Positions 11,966 to 21,567 of a stretch of DNA of 64,000 nt are shown in pieces. Numbering within the stretch: the stretch's first letter is position 1; each line of letters opens with the position of its first letter. The position numbers and the translations under genes were made by a program. The stretch is from Hyphomicrobiaceae bacterium (GTDB taxonomy: Bacteria > Pseudomonadota > Alphaproteobacteria > Rhizobiales > Hyphomicrobiaceae): positions 6,299 to 70,298 of the forward strand of contig DATMZT010000058.1 in assembly GCA_035573335.1 (NCBI GenBank), in the 5' to 3' direction. Below the pieces are notes generated by a model. It had not been told where the DNA came from and ran no database searches. It worked only from the letters and a program-made list of their open reading frames with translations.

Positions 11966-13414
11966 ATGCCAACACTTGGCCTCGCCGGGCTGTTAGCGGG
12001 TCTGATCGCCTTGGCGGCGCCGCAACCGCTCCTCGCCCAATCGCGTGCCGAGGCAAAGGACATGGCCCTTGTCGGCTACAGCGACCTGCAGGCGCGCAGC
12101 GCCTACCAACCCAGCATCCACAAGCAGGGCGAGCGCTGGATTGCCTACGTCGGCCATCACGGCGGCAACAAGGAGGTGCCAAAGCCGCGCAACCCGCTGA
12201 CGGGCGCGGAAGAGTTCAATGGCACGTCCATCGTCGATGTAACCGACCCGCGCCGCCCCAAGTATCTGTTTCACATTCCGGGCGATGAGGGCCTCGCCGA
12301 GGATGGCGGGGCGCAGATGGTGCGCGTGTGCGACGGCAAGAGCCTGCCCAAGGGCGATCCCAACGCCGTCTACATGTTGCGCACGTTCGGCAATCAGGCG
12401 CACGAGATCTGGAACACGGCCGATCCCAGCAGCCCTAAGCTCATCACCCGCCTCGACGGCTTGAAGGGCACGCACAAGAATTGGTGGGAATGCGATACGG
12501 GCATTGCCTACCTGGTCTCGGGCGTTGCCGGCTGGCGCGTGCCGCGCATGACCGAAGTTTATGACCTCGCTGATCCGGCCAAACCCGTGAAAATTCGCGA
12601 CTTCGGTCTGCCGGGCCAACAGCCCGGAGCCGGCGGTCCCGTTCCCACCCGACTGCACGGTGCCATCTCCACGGGTCCCAAGGGCAACCGCATTTACCTC
12701 GGCTACGGCACCAACGAGGGCGGCGTGCTGCAGATCGTCGACCGCGAGAAGCTTCTCAACGGTCCGAAGGAGCCGACCGACGACAACCTCACCTATCCGC
12801 AGGTCGGCCGGCTCGAGATGTCCCCGCTCACGGGCGCGCACACGACCTTTCCGGTGCTGGAGCTGCCGGTGGCGGAATTTGCCAAGGACAAGGTGGGCAA
12901 GGTCCGTAACTTTGTGGTCGTCACCAACGAGCAGATCAAGAACGAGTGTGAGGAGGCGCGTCAGTTCGTGTGGATGGTCGACGTGACGGTGGAGCGCTAT
13001 CCCGCCTCGGTGGCGACCTGGGGCGTCCCGGAGGCGAGCGGTGGCTTCTGCGGCCGCGGCGGACGCTTCGGCACGCATGCCTCCAACGAAAGTGAGGCAC
13101 CCGTCTACTATAAGCGGTTGATGTTCTTTTCGCACTTCAACGCCGGCGTGCGCGCCGTCGACATTCGCGATCCCTACCACCTCAAGGAAGTGGCGCACTA
13201 TATTCCGGCGGTCACGCGCAACACCGACAGGCGCTGCATTACGCTGGAGAACGGCGCCGAACGCTGCAAAGTGGCGATCCAGACCAACAATGTGGAGATC
13301 GACGAACGCGGCTACATCTATGCCGTGGATCGGGCCAATACCGGCATGCATATTCTCAAGTTGACCGGCCAGGCCCGGCGCATCGGCAATTTCACCGCGG
13401 CCGTTCAGCGATAG
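11966..13414 (+). CDS. exported beta-propeller protein, LVIVD-repeat-like (function unknown)
   Basis: ATG at 11966 after GAGGGGGAGG. Signal peptide MPTLGLAGLLAGLIALAAPQPLLA. VGYSDLQARSAYQP, GTSIVDVTDPRRPK and RAVDIRDPYHLKEV recall LVIVD/COG5276 repeats. Likely co-transcribed with the MBL hydrolase. Confidence 0.7.
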   Translation: MPTLGLAGLLAGLIALAAPQPLLAQSRAEAKDMALVGYSDLQARSAYQPSIHKQGERWIAYVGHHGGNKEVPKPRNPLTGAEEFNGTSIVDVTDPRRPKYLFHIPGDEGLAEDGGAQMVRVCDGKSLPKGDPNAVYMLRTFGNQAHEIWNTADPSSPKLITRLDGLKGTHKNWWECDTGIAYLVSGVAGWRVPRMTEVYDLADPAKPVKIRDFGLPGQQPGAGGPVPTRLHGAISTGPKGNRIYLGYGTNEGGVLQIVDREKLLNGPKEPTDDNLTYPQVGRLEMSPLTGAHTTFPVLELPVAEFAKDKVGKVRNFVVVTNEQIKNECEEARQFVWMVDVTVERYPASVATWGVPEASGGFCGRGGRFGTHASNESEAPVYYKRLMFFSHFNAGVRAVDIRDPYHLKEVAHYIPAVTRNTDRRCITLENGAERCKVAIQTNNVEIDERGYIYAVDRANTGMHILKLTGQARRIGNFTAAVQR

Positions 13415-14082
13415 GCGCCGATATTGTTGACGGCGCCAAGCGGTGTGCCGGCCGCCGTCATGACGGCGATCAGCTTGGCGGCGAGGAGGTGCGGCTCGGC
13501 GAAACGGAAGGAGCGCACGGTTTTACGCGCCGGGTCGATCAGTATGTAGCCCGAGCTGTGGTCGACGACGTAGCCGGCGTCAGGCTGCGCCACCTTCTCG
13601 AAGGACACCCCGAGCGCGGCGGCGGCCCGTCTAATTTCATCGAGCGAGCCACTAAGGCCGATCAGGCGCTTGTCAAAAGCCTCCGCGAAGCGGCGAAGCT
13701 CGGGGCCCCGGTCGCGCTCGGGATCGACGGTCACAAACAAGGGCTGGACCTGCGCGGCGGCCGGCCCGATCTGATCGAGCGCATTGGCGAGCACGCTCAA
13801 CCCAGTCGGGCACAGCTCGGAGCAGTGCATATAGCCAAAATAAAGGACGAGCCACTTGCCCGCAAAATCGCTGCTCAGGACGACGCGGCCGTCGGCATCG
13901 GCGAAGCTGAGCGGCTCTTGCGGGGCGCCCCGCACCTCCTCGGTGATGGCGGGAGCGGGGCCGGCGAGGAGGGCCGCGAGCAGGAAGGCGACCGCAACGC
14001 GCGCATTGCGAGCCGTCGGGAGCGCGCCCCGCGCCCGCCCAGGACGAGGTCGAAGCTTTTGGAATTTCGCGCCAACAAGCAC
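13405..14082 (-). CDS. SCO1/SenC family copper chaperone / thiol-disulfide oxidoreductase
   Basis: Thioredoxin-like region WLVLYFGYMHCSELCPTGL (CxxxC) and VTVDPERD. There is no in-frame ATG upstream of the TM segment. GTG at 14082 gives 225 aa with anchor VAVAFLLAALLAGPAPA. The start is uncertain. Confidence 0.7.
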   Translation of the reverse strand: MLVGAKFQKLRPRPGRARGALPTARNARVAVAFLLAALLAGPAPAITEEVRGAPQEPLSFADADGRVVLSSDFAGKWLVLYFGYMHCSELCPTGLSVLANALDQIGPAAAQVQPLFVTVDPERDRGPELRRFAEAFDKRLIGLSGSLDEIRRAAAALGVSFEKVAQPDAGYVVDHSSGYILIDPARKTVRSFRFAEPHLLAAKLIAVMTAAGTPLGAVNNIGAYR

Positions 14083-14267
14083 GCTGTCGAGCCGATTGAA
14101 TAGACCGCGGCGCGGACCACGCACGCCACCCGTGCGCAAGCTGCCCCAGCGCCTTTCGGTGCGCAAGTAGACTGGTGCAAGCGGGAGCGGGCAAGCCCGC
14201 CGGTGCAAACGAGCGGGTCGCCGAGGGCTGGGCGTCGGCTGCCGGTCGGGCCCGCTCAGGGCTGAAG

Positions 14268-14711
14268 CTATTCGAGGACCCGGGCGACCGCGGCGAACAC
14301 GATACCGGCAACGATCGTGACCAGCATCGTCATCAGAAAAGGCCGTCGCATCCGTGCCACGATGCGTTTTCTCTCCTCTGCCAGCCAATCCCGCACGAAG
14401 TCCATCGTTGGCGCCAGACGCTCGCGCCCGAGCGCGGCGAAGGTGTGTTGCCCCTCCCGCTTGTGACGTTGATAGTGGGCGCGCACCTTGACGTAGCCCA
14501 GGCGGGCCAACGCCCGCCGGCAGCGGGCGTCCTCGCGCGCGCGGACGACGATGGCCGGCAGGGCGTGATCGTCCGCGGGTAGGCCAGCGGCCGATGTCTC
14601 CTCGGGCCGCGCGCGGCGGCGGCGTTGGCTGCCCAACAGCCGGGACAGTGCAGAGGCAGTCCACCCCCGCCCCGACTTGGTGGTGCGGGGTGTGAGCCCA
14701 GAACCCAGCAT
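14268..14711 (-). CDS. hypothetical protein with C-terminal transmembrane anchor (start uncertain)
   Basis: The frame keeps high third-position GC. It ends ...MDFVRDWLAEERKRIVARMRRPFLMTMLVTIVAGIVFAAVARVLE. No recognisable family and only a weak SD. Confidence 0.35.
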   Translation of the reverse strand: MLGSGLTPRTTKSGRGWTASALSRLLGSQRRRRARPEETSAAGLPADDHALPAIVVRAREDARCRRALARLGYVKVRAHYQRHKREGQHTFAALGRERLAPTMDFVRDWLAEERKRIVARMRRPFLMTMLVTIVAGIVFAAVARVLE

Positions 14712-14758
14712 GCAGCACAACCCCTGAGGCAAGACTTCACGGCAAAGCATCGGCGAGC

Positions 14759-14778
14759 AGCCGCAATGAGCCGCAATG
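14759..14778. repeat. perfect tandem duplication of the decamer AGCCGCAATG
   Basis: Read directly: agccgcaatg agccgcaatg, in a stretch without convincing coding potential. Confidence 0.9.
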
Positions 14779-15328
14779 AAGAGATCAAATGCGGACGACT
14801 GAAGGCAGCCCCTGGCGTTTGTCCGCCGCCGTGGCGGAGCGAACACAGCCGAGCGGCGCCATTGCCCCACAAAAACGCCGCCCCGCCAGCGCCGGCATTG
14901 GTCAGGCGCGCGGGTGGGGAGGCCGGCGGCGCCTGCCCGGCGCGCCCAAGCAATCCTGCGCATTTGGACCTTGGCCTCTACCGGCGTGAGCGTTGGGAAG
15001 CCGCGATCGCGCGCGGGGGCAGGGGGGCAGCGCGGCGCGCCGCGCCAAATTTTTGCGCCATTTGGCCTGCGCCCCGGTCATTTTTTTAAGTCTTGGCGCG
15101 ACGCGATAGCCTTTTTTCGTGTTGATGCGGCGCCGTCGCGCCTGGCCGTCGATCGCGGCTGCGCCCCGCGTGTCCCGCGCGCCGCAGCGCCACGCAATTG
15201 TGTTTGAGTTCGGGCTTGGCCACCGGGCTGCCGCAATGGGACTTAAGGCTCTTGCCCATGGAGCGCATCCGTGGCTCGCGGGAGGGTGCGGCATCGGTAT
15301 TGTTTTCATCGATTTGGTGAGGGCTGTC

Positions 15329-16072
15329 ATGCTCCCGAGAGCGCGCGAGGCACTCCTTTCGGACTGGCGCTGGTGGATCGCGGAGGTGGCCTTAGGGGTG
15401 TTGGTCGTCCTTCTTGCCCTGCAGTTGAGCGGCCTCGTCGACGTCGCCACCCTCATCAAGGACTATCAGCTGCTGATCGGCCTCGCCGCCACGGGCGGCT
15501 TGGGATTTTGGAGTGTGACGACCACGCTCAGGGCCAACGCGGAGGGCGCGCTGGCCCAGAGGGAGCGAGAGATCGAGCACGAGCGCATAGGCGCCCGCGC
15601 CATGATCCTTGCCGAATTGATGGTCATGCACGACGGCCTCTCCACCATGCAACACGTGTGCATGGAGGGTCGCAAACGCAGCAATTTCACGGTGCCAAAA
15701 TTCATGGGCGGGTCGGAATTGTACCAGGGGTATCGGGGGCAAGTCGCCAAAATCGGACTGCTGCCACAGGATCAGTTGCTCTCGGTCGTGTGGGCTTATG
15801 CGACCCAGGAGGGCATGTATTCGAATTGGAAGTGGATGGAGCAACTCCAGGACGCCTACGACACCAGCAAAATCAATCAACCGCACGAGGTGTTCATCAC
15901 CGGCTTGAACACGCTGTTGCGACGCGTCGAGACCGCCATCGTGGCGCTGGGGGGCGAAGTCATGCCGCGCAATCGCCATACCTTGGGCGCGGCGGAGGCC
16001 TCGGCCCTCAGCGTGCCCGACGATCGCCCGCAAGCAACCGTCGAGCGCCGCGTCATCGCCATGGCGCAATAG
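15329..16072 (+). CDS. hypothetical membrane protein (two N-terminal TM helices plus soluble helical domain)
   Basis: ATG at 15329 after GGTGAGGG. 247 aa, high GC3 and normal amino-acid composition (WWIAEVALGVLVVLLALQL, LLIGLAATGGLGFWSV, then a K/N/Y/W-containing soluble part). No family recognised. Confidence 0.7.
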   Translation: MLPRAREALLSDWRWWIAEVALGVLVVLLALQLSGLVDVATLIKDYQLLIGLAATGGLGFWSVTTTLRANAEGALAQREREIEHERIGARAMILAELMVMHDGLSTMQHVCMEGRKRSNFTVPKFMGGSELYQGYRGQVAKIGLLPQDQLLSVVWAYATQEGMYSNWKWMEQLQDAYDTSKINQPHEVFITGLNTLLRRVETAIVALGGEVMPRNRHTLGAAEASALSVPDDRPQATVERRVIAMAQ

Positions 16073-16087
16073 GGGCAAGACGGGCGC

Positions 16088-17062
16088 TCACTCGCGCCTT
16101 AAGACCGAGGACCAACGGGCGACGTCGTGCTCCACGCGCCCTTGCAGGGCGGCCGGGGTGCGGTCTGCACGGTTAGGAATAAAGCAGCCGATCTCCTCAA
16201 GCCGCTTGGCCGTTGCCGCATCCTCGAGCGCGCTCGCCAGCGCAGCGCTCAATTTCGCCTGAATGTCCCGCGGCAGGTTGCGTGGGGCAAAAATCGCATT
16301 CCAGCCGGAGACCTGGAATTCAGGCAGGCCTGCCTCCACGGTGGTTGGGACGTCCCTGATGACCTCGGCGCGGTTCGGGCTGGCGATGGCGAGGGCTTTG
16401 ACCGTGCCGCCCTGGATCTGCGACACCACCGTATTGATGGAAACGCAACCGAAATCGACTTGGCCCGCCACCAGGTCGTTGATGGCCGGGGCGCCGCCGC
16501 GATAGGCAATGCGGGCCGTTTTGGTGCCGAGGATGGACTGCAGCAGCGTGCAGTAGGTATGCATTTGCGAGCCGACGCCGGCATGGGCCTCGTTCACCTT
16601 GGTGGGATTTTTGCGCAGGTATTCGATGAACTCCGCCAGGGTGTTGGCCGGAAAATCCTTGCGCGTGACGAGCACCGCTGGGGCTTCCGCCGTCAGGCCG
16701 ATCGGCGTGAAATCCTTGGCAGGATCGTATTTGAGATTGGGGTATTGGGTCGGCGCGGCCCCGTGCGTTCCCATGCTGCCGGCGATCAGGGTGTAGCCGT
16801 CGGCGGGGGCGGCGGCCCCGCGCGCCGTGGCGGTGGTACCACCGGCGCCGGCATCGTTTTCGACGATAATCGATACCCCAAGCGTCTGGCTCATAGGTGC
16901 GGTAACGATGCGCACGATCACGTCATTGAAGCCGCCGGCGGCAAAAGGAACGATGAGCGTGATCGGCCGCGTTGGATAGGATTGCGCGACCCCTGGCCCC
17001 GCGTGCAGGCCCACGAGCCCGCCGCCCGCCAAACCCGAGATCAGACGGCGTCGGCTGAGCAT
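16088..17062 (-). CDS. Bug/TctC-family tripartite tricarboxylate transporter substrate-binding protein (orphan)
   Basis: GGGAGG SD. Tat-like signal MLSRRRLISGLAGGG. PITLIVPFAAGGFNDV and a C-terminal GWNAIFAPRNLPRD-type motif are typical of the Bug family. Confidence 0.9.
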   Translation of the reverse strand: MLSRRRLISGLAGGGLVGLHAGPGVAQSYPTRPITLIVPFAAGGFNDVIVRIVTAPMSQTLGVSIIVENDAGAGGTTATARGAAAPADGYTLIAGSMGTHGAAPTQYPNLKYDPAKDFTPIGLTAEAPAVLVTRKDFPANTLAEFIEYLRKNPTKVNEAHAGVGSQMHTYCTLLQSILGTKTARIAYRGGAPAINDLVAGQVDFGCVSINTVVSQIQGGTVKALAIASPNRAEVIRDVPTTVEAGLPEFQVSGWNAIFAPRNLPRDIQAKLSAALASALEDAATAKRLEEIGCFIPNRADRTPAALQGRVEHDVARWSSVLRRE

Positions 17063-17440
17063 GGCGCAAACCTCCCTTTTTTATGAACCGAGACTAACGG
17101 CGACGGCCTGGCAAATGTCATTGCGCCTGATCTTGCTTGCTGAGGCGGCAGGTTTTGGGCGGCCCCGCGCCAATGCTCGTTTCAGCAGAAGGCAAAAGGC
17201 TTGCCTTGGGGCGCCGGCAGATACGTCGTGCGCTGACAAGGGCGGGATGTAAGGCGCCAAAAACAAAGGGCAATTTTGCCTTTTCGAATTCCCGTCTTTT
17301 GTCCCGCACGCCGGCCGGAACCCTGAAAGCCATAATTTGGGGTATACTGAACGCCTCCGTATCGGCGACCAGCCGACGAGCGCGGCGCCGCGGAGCGATC
17401 ATGGGCAGTTGTCCTTCAGCCAAAAAATGGGAGGAGCCCT

Positions 17441-18769
17441 ATGACAAAGATCGGGCGTCGTAAGTTTTTGCAGCTGAGCGGGGCGGGTGCTGCCGCAAAG
17501 GCTGGTGGTCTCGCCGGCATTCTCGCCTCCGCGCGCGCGCCGGCCTACGCGCAGGCGTCCGCCACTGTGCATTGGTTGCGCTGGGCGGATTTCGTCCCCG
17601 CCTCGGACGTGCTGCTGAAAGGGGAAATCACGGCGGAATGCCAAAAAGCGCTTGGCATCAAACTCACCGTCGAGACCATCAACGCCAACGACATTCAGGC
17701 GCGCATCACCTCGGCGATCCAATCGGGCACCGGGCCCGACATCGTCAACGTGCTCAATAACTGGGCGCATCTTTACGCCGAAAGCTTGGCCGAGGTCGGT
17801 GATATCGCCGACGAGCTCGGCAAATCCCAGGGTGGATTTTACGATACCGCCCGCGCCGCCGCCCATGACGGCAAACGTTGGTTGGCGGTGCCCTACAATA
17901 TTGTCGGCGTGCAAATCGCTTATCGCAAATCCTGGTTTGACGAGATCGGCTACACGACATTTCCCCAGACCTGGGATCAGTATCGCGACGCCGGCAAAAA
18001 GCTCAAAGCCAAAGGCAGACCGATCGGCCAAACGCTTGGCCATACCTTTGGTGACGCGCCGAACTTTGCCTACCCCTATCTATGGTCGTGGGGCGGCAAG
18101 GAGGTGGAAGCGGACGGCAAGACCGTGGTCCTCAACAGCAAGGAGACGATCGAGTCGGTCAAATACATGGTGGGCTTTTGGAAGGATGCCCACGACGAAG
18201 GCGGGCTCGCCTGGGACGACTCCAACAACAACCGGGCATTTTTGTCGGGCACGATCTGCGCGACCAATAACGGCGCCTCGATCTATATCGAATCCAAGCG
18301 CAAGCCCGAGGCCTATCGAACCGAAACCGGCAAAGCCATGCGCGAGGATACCCAGCATGCGCCCCTGCCGGCCGGGCCGGCCGGTCAATTCAGCTACCAT
18401 GGCGCCTTTTCCAACGCGGTGATGAGCTATTCTAAAAATCAGAAGGCCGCCAAGGAGTTCATCCGCTGGATGAGCTCCAAGCCGATCTTCGACAAGTGGT
18501 TCATGTCCCAACAAGGCTTTGCCATCGGCTGCACCACCGAGTGGGAGAAGCACCCCCTGTGGAACGAGGATCCGGTGATGCAGCCCTTCCGGTCCGCGGC
18601 GCGCACGGGCCGGCTGATGGGCTACGCCGGGCCGCCCAGTCGGATGGCCGCCGAGGTGCTGAGCAAGTACATCATCGTCGATATGTATGCCAAGGCGGTC
18701 CAGGGCATGCCCGCCGAGGAAGCGGTGAAGTGGGCCGAAGGTGAAATCAAAAAGGTCTATAGCGCCTGA
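17441..18769 (+). CDS. ABC transporter substrate-binding protein (family 1 extracellular solute-binding protein), Tat signal, orphan
   Basis: GGAGGAG SD. MTKIGRRKFLQLSGAGAAA twin-arginine signal. 442 aa with sugar/polyamine-type SBP_bac_1 pattern. No permease or ATPase genes are adjacent. Confidence 0.85.
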   Translation: MTKIGRRKFLQLSGAGAAAKAGGLAGILASARAPAYAQASATVHWLRWADFVPASDVLLKGEITAECQKALGIKLTVETINANDIQARITSAIQSGTGPDIVNVLNNWAHLYAESLAEVGDIADELGKSQGGFYDTARAAAHDGKRWLAVPYNIVGVQIAYRKSWFDEIGYTTFPQTWDQYRDAGKKLKAKGRPIGQTLGHTFGDAPNFAYPYLWSWGGKEVEADGKTVVLNSKETIESVKYMVGFWKDAHDEGGLAWDDSNNNRAFLSGTICATNNGASIYIESKRKPEAYRTETGKAMREDTQHAPLPAGPAGQFSYHGAFSNAVMSYSKNQKAAKEFIRWMSSKPIFDKWFMSQQGFAIGCTTEWEKHPLWNEDPVMQPFRSAARTGRLMGYAGPPSRMAAEVLSKYIIVDMYAKAVQGMPAEEAVKWAEGEIKKVYSA

Positions 18770-18844
18770 GCCGCGCCGACCGGTGGGGCGGCCTCGCCGT
18801 CCTGCCGCGGCAAGGGCCGTCTAGCGATTGAGGTCTCCTCGGGT

Positions 18845-18866
18845 GCCCGCGCCCCCAGGCGCGGGC
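18845..18866 (+). terminator. GC-rich hairpin downstream of the binding-protein gene (possible terminator, no U-tract)
   Basis: GCCCGCGCC-ccca-GGCGCGGGC, a perfect 9-bp stem 76 nt after the stop at 18769. Confidence 0.3.
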
Positions 18867-19108
18867 GTCCCTTGTGGGACCGGGGGGTAGTGACCCCGGG
18901 ACGCCGGGCCATAACAACCGTTTCGCGCGGCGCGCGCCTAAACCCCGCCCAGGCAATTTTGCGAACAACATTCCATGCCGCCCGGCTTGAATCTGGCCCG
19001 CTAGGGGCTGGGCCGCGTCGTCGGGCACATTTTTGAACGCGCACCTTCGCCGGCTGGGGTAAAGTCCTCGACGGCAAGGCCGTTCGAACGGGCTCAGAGG
19101 AGAGTTCG

Positions 19109-20413
19109 ATGCAGCAGCAGCTCACCACCGAAGACAAGATCAACGAGCTGGCCGAGATCACCGTCAAGACGGACACGCGCGACATCCTTGCGCATGCGAC
19201 CATCCAGGCCGAGGCGCTGGAAGACTACTTTCTCGTCGATATCGACGCGCACGTGACCGAAACCTCGTTCTGGAACGAGATCATCGAGCTGATCGACAAC
19301 GACGTGATCCGCCAGATGGGCCAGGCGATGGCGTCGCGGCCCGGCGTCAGCGGCGCCTTGCTCAACGCCCAGCCGGGCGTCGCCTTTCAGAATGTCTACG
19401 GCCGCATCCCGCATCAGTTGGCCCTGTCGGAGGCCGTCGAGGCCGGTGAGGGCCACCACTTCACGCAGCTGGCACGGCGGGCCATGGACGCCATGGGCGT
19501 CGACTACCAGGTGGTGTTTCCCACGCCCATGCTGGTCCTCGGCATGCATCCGCAGGACGACATCGAGGCGGCCGTCGGCCGGGCCTACAATCGCTGGCTG
19601 GTCGAGCGGATTTTGCCTGAGGACGAGCGCATCAAGGGGCTCTTGTATCTGCCCTTCAACTCACCGCAGGCCTGTGTCGACATCGTCAGAGACTTTGGCG
19701 ACGCCAAGGGCGTGATCGGCTTCACCGTCACCTGCACGCGCAACAAGCCTGTGCATCACGATCAATACATGAAGCTTTATGCCATGATCGAGGAGATGGG
19801 AAAGCCGCTGGCCTTTCACTCGGGCTTTCATTGGGGCGATCCCTCGTTCCTGCAGCTCAATCGCTTCATCTCCATGCACGCCTTGTCTTTTGTGCACTAC
19901 AGCCTGATCCATCTCACCAATTGGATCATCAATGGCTTGCCGGAACGCTTCCCGAAACTGAAACTGGTCTGGGTGGAAAGCGGGCTCGCCTGGATACCGT
20001 TCATCATGCAACGGCTCGATCACGAGTTCATGATGCGCGTTTGCGAGGCGCCGATGCTCAAACGTCCACCGAGCGAGTACATCCGCGAGATGTACTTCAC
20101 CAGTCAGCCGCTGGAGAAAGGCAACCTGAAACTGCTGGAGGCGACCTTTGCCGCCATGAAAGCCGAGACGCAGTTGCTGTTCGCCTCGGATTGGCCGCAT
20201 TGGGACTTCGATCCGCCGAGCGCGATCACGACCATTCCCTTCCTCACCGAGCAGGCCAAACGCAACATTCTGGGCTTGAATGCGGCAAGGCTCTTCAATT
20301 TGGAGGTGAAGCGCATGCGGCCGACCGCCCGCGCCGTCATGGCCACCGCGGGGGCCACCGCGAGGGCCACCGCGGGGGCAACTGTGCGGGCAACCGGGCG
20401 CGGAGCGTCGTGA
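19109..20413 (+). CDS. amidohydrolase-2 family protein (metal-dependent hydrolase/decarboxylase fold)
   Basis: SD AGAGGAGAG. 434 aa. DIDAHVTE near the N-terminus and LFASDWPHWDFDPP near the C-terminus are typical of amidohydrolase_2. The C-terminal tail is encoded by a 12-nt tandem repeat. Confidence 0.8.
   Translation: MQQQLTTEDKINELAEITVKTDTRDILAHATIQAEALEDYFLVDIDAHVTETSFWNEIIELIDNDVIRQMGQAMASRPGVSGALLNAQPGVAFQNVYGRIPHQLALSEAVEAGEGHHFTQLARRAMDAMGVDYQVVFPTPMLVLGMHPQDDIEAAVGRAYNRWLVERILPEDERIKGLLYLPFNSPQACVDIVRDFGDAKGVIGFTVTCTRNKPVHHDQYMKLYAMIEEMGKPLAFHSGFHWGDPSFLQLNRFISMHALSFVHYSLIHLTNWIINGLPERFPKLKLVWVESGLAWIPFIMQRLDHEFMMRVCEAPMLKRPPSEYIREMYFTSQPLEKGNLKLLEATFAAMKAETQLLFASDWPHWDFDPPSAITTIPFLTEQAKRNILGLNAARLFNLEVKRMRPTARAVMATAGATARATAGATVRATGRGAS
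20342..20401 (+). repeat. five tandem 12-nt units (GCCACCGCGGGG-like) inside the 3' end of the amidohydrolase CDS
   Basis: gccaccgcgggg gccaccgcgagg gccaccgcgggg gcaactgtgcgg gcaaccgggcgc. It encodes ATAG/ATAR/ATAG/ATVR/ATGR. Confidence 0.9.
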
Positions 20414-20414
20414 T

Positions 20415-20726
20415 ATGTCCGCTTCGCCCACGGCGCCCGCTGCCGAGTTTCACGGCCTCACGCAGGCGATGGCGGAGCTGGCCGCGCGGGCGCTGGCGAG
20501 CGGCGGCACCGCGGCGATTGCCAGCGCGGATGTCGGGCGCGCCATGACGGCGCTCGTCAAGCTCTATGCCGCCAAGGCGGAGGCCGAAGGCGCGCTGCCG
20601 GCGCCGTTCTGCGCCGACCGGGTAACCCCGACCGAGGTCGTGCTTGTCGTTAGCGAGATGCTGCGCGCGCTCGATATCTCTCTCTTCGACCTGGCGATGT
20701 GGTATCGCCGGGGCCAGCCACAGTGA
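20415..20726 (+). CDS. hypothetical protein (103 aa) in the amidohydrolase-Rieske operon
   Basis: ATG lies 1 nt after the upstream TGA (TGATATG). Very high GC3. No recognised domain. Confidence 0.65.
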   Translation: MSASPTAPAAEFHGLTQAMAELAARALASGGTAAIASADVGRAMTALVKLYAAKAEAEGALPAPFCADRVTPTEVVLVVSEMLRALDISLFDLAMWYRRGQPQ

Positions 20727-20754
20727 TCCCCGCCTGACAGTGAACGAGAGCGCC

Positions 20755-21186
20755 ATGCGAGAGATAGTGATCGGCAAGGTAGCGGCGTTTCCCGATCCCG
20801 GCCGCAAAGTGGTCGAAGTGGACGGCGTCGCCGTCGGAATCTTCCGCCACAACGGCGCCTTTACGGCCTTCGAGAACGTCTGCCCGCACATGGGTGGGCC
20901 GGTCTGCCAGGGCAAGATCATCGCGCGAGTCGAGGAGCGCGTCCGGGAAGACAAGACCAGTTTGGGGCTGTCCTTTTCGCGGACGCAAAGCAATATCGTT
21001 TGCCCCTGGCACGGTTACGAGTTCGACATCGCCACCGGCCGACATCAGGGCAACCCACGCCTGCGGCTGCGGCCCGTTGCGATCAAAGTGGTCGACGATG
21101 ACCTGGTCGTGACCTTGCCCGAGGGCACGCGCGAGCGCATCGCCCGCGCGCGCCCGGCGGCCCAAGGCGCCGAGCCGACCCCCTGA
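20755..21186 (+). CDS. Rieske (2Fe-2S) ferredoxin-type protein
   Basis: ATG at 20755 after GAGAG. CPHMGGP ... CPWHGYEF are the two Rieske cluster-binding boxes. 143 aa. Confidence 0.88.
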   Translation: MREIVIGKVAAFPDPGRKVVEVDGVAVGIFRHNGAFTAFENVCPHMGGPVCQGKIIARVEERVREDKTSLGLSFSRTQSNIVCPWHGYEFDIATGRHQGNPRLRLRPVAIKVVDDDLVVTLPEGTRERIARARPAAQGAEPTP

Positions 21187-21567
21187 GATCTTGGAGACGA
21201 CGTCGAATGCTTCGGCTGCAAGATCAGGGCTGCCTGGTGCGGTGCCGGCCCAGGTCCGCTGCGCGCGGGCACGGCAGGGTGAAAGGGCGCATTGACAGGC
21301 CGACGTCGGATCGGGCCGAGTGCCGAGTGGCTGCGTCGTCCCGGGTCCGGGGGACCAGTCGCCTGCCCGCCGTTGCATGCGGGAGGAAGGCTGGACCCGG
21401 ACCTTAAAAAAATGCGCTCGGCGCCCGGCGTCCCGCGACGGGGCACGTTCGCTGAGCCCCAAGCTTTTTTGCCTAACACCTGTTTGTCTAAGACCTCGCC
21501 TTTTCGAACTGAACCTCAGCTTTCAGAGCAACCAAACCTGTAAACGACCAGTAAGGGAGTACACGCC

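Noticed and set aside
10749-12182. 477-aa minus-strand ORF (with the similar 11993-13351 minus ORF)
   Set aside because: Both are antisense to the MBL hydrolase and propeller genes, which have signal peptides, SDs and motifs. The composition is junk-like.
14083-14718. 212 extra N-terminal codons of the SCO1 ORF
   Set aside because: The translation is Pro/Arg/Gly junk, and the SCO1 membrane anchor begins just after the GTG at 14082.
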